Positions 29,043 through 32,000 of a stretch of DNA of 32,000 nt are shown piece by piece. The notes below the pieces were generated by a model. That model was not told where the DNA came from and did no database searches. It saw only the letters and a program-made list of their open reading frames with translations. The stretch is from Zymomonas mobilis subsp. mobilis ATCC 10988. GTDB taxonomy: Bacteria > Pseudomonadota > Alphaproteobacteria > Sphingomonadales > Sphingomonadaceae. The position numbers were made by a program, and so were the translations under genes. The stretch is from assembly GCF_000175255.2 (NCBI RefSeq), contig NC_017262.1:1989774-2021773 (forward strand), in the 5' to 3' direction. Numbering within the stretch: the stretch's first letter is position 1; each line of letters begins with the position of its first letter.

Positions 29043-29225
29043 ATGTCCTATAATCACTTAATCCAGAAACGGGCGTTTAGCTTTGTCCATCATGGTTGTT
29101 TATCGCTCATGATCGCGGCATGTTCTGATATTTTTCCTCTAAAAAAGATAAAAAGTCTTTTCGCTTCGGCAGAAGAGGTTCATCATGAACAAAAATTCGG
29201 CATTTTTAAAAATGCCTATAGCTAA
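29043..29225 (+). CDS. Candidate small ORF in the pdc leader (60 aa), possibly a small lipoprotein
   Basis: ATG at 29043 preceded by TTGGAGG with a 6-nt spacer; product MSYNHLIQKRAFSFVHHGCLSLMIAACSDIFPLKKIKS...; 'IAAC' lipobox-like. Confidence 0.35.
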   Translation: MSYNHLIQKRAFSFVHHGCLSLMIAACSDIFPLKKIKSLFASAEEVHHEQKFGIFKNAYS

Positions 29226-29299
29226 ATCCGGAACGACACTTTAGAGGTTTCTGGGTCATCCTGATTCAGACATAGTGTTTTGAATATATGGAGTAAGCA

Positions 29300-31006
29300 A
29301 TGAGTTATACTGTCGGTACCTATTTAGCGGAGCGGCTTGTCCAGATTGGTCTCAAGCATCACTTCGCAGTCGCGGGCGACTACAACCTCGTCCTTCTTGA
29401 CAACCTGCTTTTGAACAAAAACATGGAGCAGGTTTATTGCTGTAACGAACTGAACTGCGGTTTCAGTGCAGAAGGTTATGCTCGTGCCAAAGGCGCAGCA
29501 GCAGCCGTCGTTACCTACAGCGTCGGTGCGCTTTCCGCATTTGATGCTATCGGTGGCGCCTATGCAGAAAACCTTCCGGTTATCCTGATCTCCGGTGCTC
29601 CGAACAACAATGATCACGCTGCTGGTCACGTGTTGCATCACGCTCTTGGCAAAACCGACTATCACTATCAGTTGGAAATGGCCAAGAACATCACGGCCGC
29701 CGCTGAAGCGATTTACACCCCGGAAGAAGCTCCGGCTAAAATCGATCACGTGATTAAAACTGCTCTTCGTGAGAAGAAGCCGGTTTATCTCGAAATCGCT
29801 TGCAACATTGCTTCCATGCCCTGCGCCGCTCCTGGACCGGCAAGCGCATTGTTCAATGACGAAGCCAGCGACGAAGCTTCTTTGAATGCAGCGGTTGAAG
29901 AAACCCTGAAATTCATCGCCAACCGCGACAAAGTTGCCGTCCTCGTCGGCAGCAAGCTGCGCGCAGCTGGTGCTGAAGAAGCTGCTGTCAAATTTGCTGA
30001 TGCTCTCGGTGGCGCAGTTGCTACCATGGCTGCTGCAAAAAGCTTCTTCCCAGAAGAAAACCCGCATTACATCGGCACCTCATGGGGTGAAGTCAGCTAT
30101 CCGGGCGTTGAAAAGACGATGAAAGAAGCCGATGCGGTTATCGCTCTGGCTCCTGTCTTCAACGACTACTCCACCACTGGTTGGACGGATATTCCTGATC
30201 CTAAGAAACTGGTTCTCGCTGAACCGCGTTCTGTCGTCGTTAACGGCATTCGCTTCCCCAGCGTCCATCTGAAAGACTATCTGACCCGTTTGGCTCAGAA
30301 AGTTTCCAAGAAAACCGGTGCTTTGGACTTCTTCAAATCCCTCAATGCAGGTGAACTGAAGAAAGCCGCTCCGGCTGATCCGAGTGCTCCGTTGGTCAAC
30401 GCAGAAATCGCCCGTCAGGTCGAAGCTCTTCTGACCCCGAACACGACGGTTATTGCTGAAACCGGTGACTCTTGGTTCAATGCTCAGCGCATGAAGCTCC
30501 CGAACGGTGCTCGCGTTGAATATGAAATGCAGTGGGGTCACATTGGTTGGTCTGTTCCTGCCGCCTTCGGTTATGCCGTCGGTGCTCCGGAACGTCGCAA
30601 CATCCTCATGGTTGGTGATGGTTCCTTCCAGCTGACGGCTCAGGAAGTCGCTCAGATGGTTCGCCTGAAACTGCCGGTTATCATCTTCTTGATCAATAAC
30701 TATGGTTACACCATTGAAGTTATGATCCATGATGGTCCGTACAACAACATCAAGAACTGGGATTATGCCGGTCTGATGGAAGTGTTCAACGGTAACGGTG
30801 GTTATGACAGCGGTGCTGGTAAAGGCCTGAAGGCTAAAACCGGTGGCGAACTGGCAGAAGCTATCAAGGTTGCTCTGGCAAACACCGACGGCCCAACCCT
30901 GATCGAATGCTTCATCGGTCGTGAAGACTGCACTGAAGAATTGGTCAAATGGGGTAAGCGCGTTGCTGCCGCCAACAGCCGTAAGCCTGTTAACAAGCTC
31001 CTCTAG
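29300..31006 (+). CDS. pdc: Pyruvate decarboxylase
   Basis: 568 aa; N-terminus [65 protein letters not shown] and ThDP motif '[35 protein letters not shown]' are those of Z. mobilis PDC. SD GGAG before ATG. Confidence 0.99.
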
Positions 31007-31034
31007 TTTTTAAATAAACTTAGAGCTTAAGGCG

Positions 31035-31070
31035 AAAAGCCCGTCCGGTTTTACCGAGCGGGCTTTTTTT
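31035..31070 (+). terminator. Rho-independent terminator of pdc
   Basis: AAAAGCCCG (31035-31043) / CGGGCTTTT (31059-31067) followed by further T, about 29 nt after the pdc stop. Confidence 0.88.
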
Positions 31071-31343
31071 ATCCAAGACGACTCAAATGATGGGGCAGGA
31101 GGCATAGCGCTTTTTTACGCGTTCCCTTTTTTCCTGATTTTCCCTCTCAACAAAAATGTCTTATTGAAACATAAATGACAGCTTTGTTTTTCTTTTCTAT
31201 AAAATTGTTACAGAATCCCTTGCTAAGCAGGGCTGGCTCTTGACCGATAAAAAGAAAAGCCATAAAGACTTCTTCTTCGTAAGGGCTGAATTATTGAAGT
31301 CAGTGCCTTAACTATTTATTTTCTGATTACATCGAGGACAAGC

Positions 31344-31607
31344 ATGGCGAATACGCCGCAGGCAAAAAAGCGCATCCGTCGTAACGACCGTCGCGCTGAA
31401 ATTAACGGTAACCGCGTCAACCGCATTCGTACTTTCATTAAAAAAGTCGAATCTGCTATTGCTGCTGGTAACAAATCCGAAGCTGAAACCGCTTTAGCAA
31501 GCGCACAGCCGGAATTATTCCGTGGCGTTTCTAAAGGTGTTTTGCATAAAAACACGGCTTCACGGAAATTCTCTCGTTTGGCAAAAGGCGTCGCTGCGCT
31601 CGCTTAA
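31344..31607 (+). CDS. rpsT: 30S ribosomal protein S20
   Basis: 87 aa; [36 protein letters not shown]...[26 protein letters not shown]. Confidence 0.96.
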
Positions 31608-31716
31608 ACGTCAGGGAAAGGGATGCCATCGCTCTTCTTTAGAAAGATGGCATATTCCCTCTATTTCTGTTCCAAACCATTCCAGCCCTGCTTGATTTGT
31701 CGTAATCAGGTAAAAT

Positions 31717-31746
31717 ATATCCATTCGTCCTGAATGGATGTTTTTC
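31717..31746 (+). terminator. Terminator-like hairpin downstream of rpsT
   Basis: ATCCATTC / GAATGGAT with following GTTTTTC. Confidence 0.55.
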
Positions 31747-32000
31747 TGTATCCGCTTTAAAAATCTGACACGACCGGATATGCTGGCCGTGAAGGCTTGC
31801 GGCTGCCAGAAATACTTTTCTTGAACGCGCCAATAGCTGCGATTAAAAACCGTCATTTCCAAGGGGTAGATTGGGTAATTTTCTCTGGCCTATGCCCGAC
31901 AGCTATAATACAGGATTCCTGACAGAATTTCTGTGGCGGTTTATTCAAGTGATTGTATCTTATGAAGTGATTCATGTGCATATATCGAGTCAAGATATAA

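Noticed and set aside
28763-29053. 96-aa ORF upstream of pdc
   Set aside because: No convincing start or SD, no family match, overlaps the better-supported small ORF at 29043.
29324-30067. 247-aa ORF on - strand within pdc (also 30080-30730)
   Set aside because: Antisense to the highly expressed, codon-biased pdc gene; such shadow ORFs are expected from strong codon bias.
31611-31862. 83-aa minus-strand ORF downstream of rpsT
   Set aside because: Covers the rpsT terminator hairpin, no SD or family evidence. dnaA might lie beyond the window by rpsT-dnaA synteny, but nothing here shows it and no consensus DnaA boxes were seen.
1-32000. Mobile elements, prophage or toxin-antitoxin modules
   Set aside because: No transposase, integrase, phage structural or TA-like gene, and neither tRNA gene is flanked by an integrase or visible att-type duplication.

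Overview
This 32 kb window looks like an ordinary chromosomal segment of Zymomonas mobilis. The anchor is a full-length 568-aa pyruvate decarboxylase (pdc, 29300-31006) with its leader. No phage, plasmid, transposon or CRISPR array is visible. Recognisable genes, left to right: the tail of a diacylglycerol/lipid kinase-like gene; a nucleotidyltransferase-like gene resembling Tam41; dsbD-like (-); ggt (+); ctrA (-); an XpaC-like/TelA-like pair (-); era (-); a class-III PLP enzyme (-) divergent from an APH-fold kinase (+); an AraC-type regulator; an ethanolamine permease; a beta-barrel porin; tRNA-Thr(TGT); rnc; a small conserved-type ORF; an SDR oxidoreductase; tRNA-Val(TAC); aguB/aguA; an 8-bp tandem repeat array of about 18 copies; rpsD; a diguanylate cyclase split by an apparent -1 frameshift; hemN; pdc; rpsT. 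The most promising system is the 9.6-16.7 kb cluster. It looks like a microcompartment-independent ethanolamine route: permease plus amino-alcohol kinase plus O-phosphoethanolamine phospho-lyase, giving acetaldehyde. Other points of interest are the octanucleotide array, the frameshifted GGDEF gene, and the pdc upstream region (a perfect LacI-type palindrome, an orphan terminator and small ORFs with good ribosome-binding sites).
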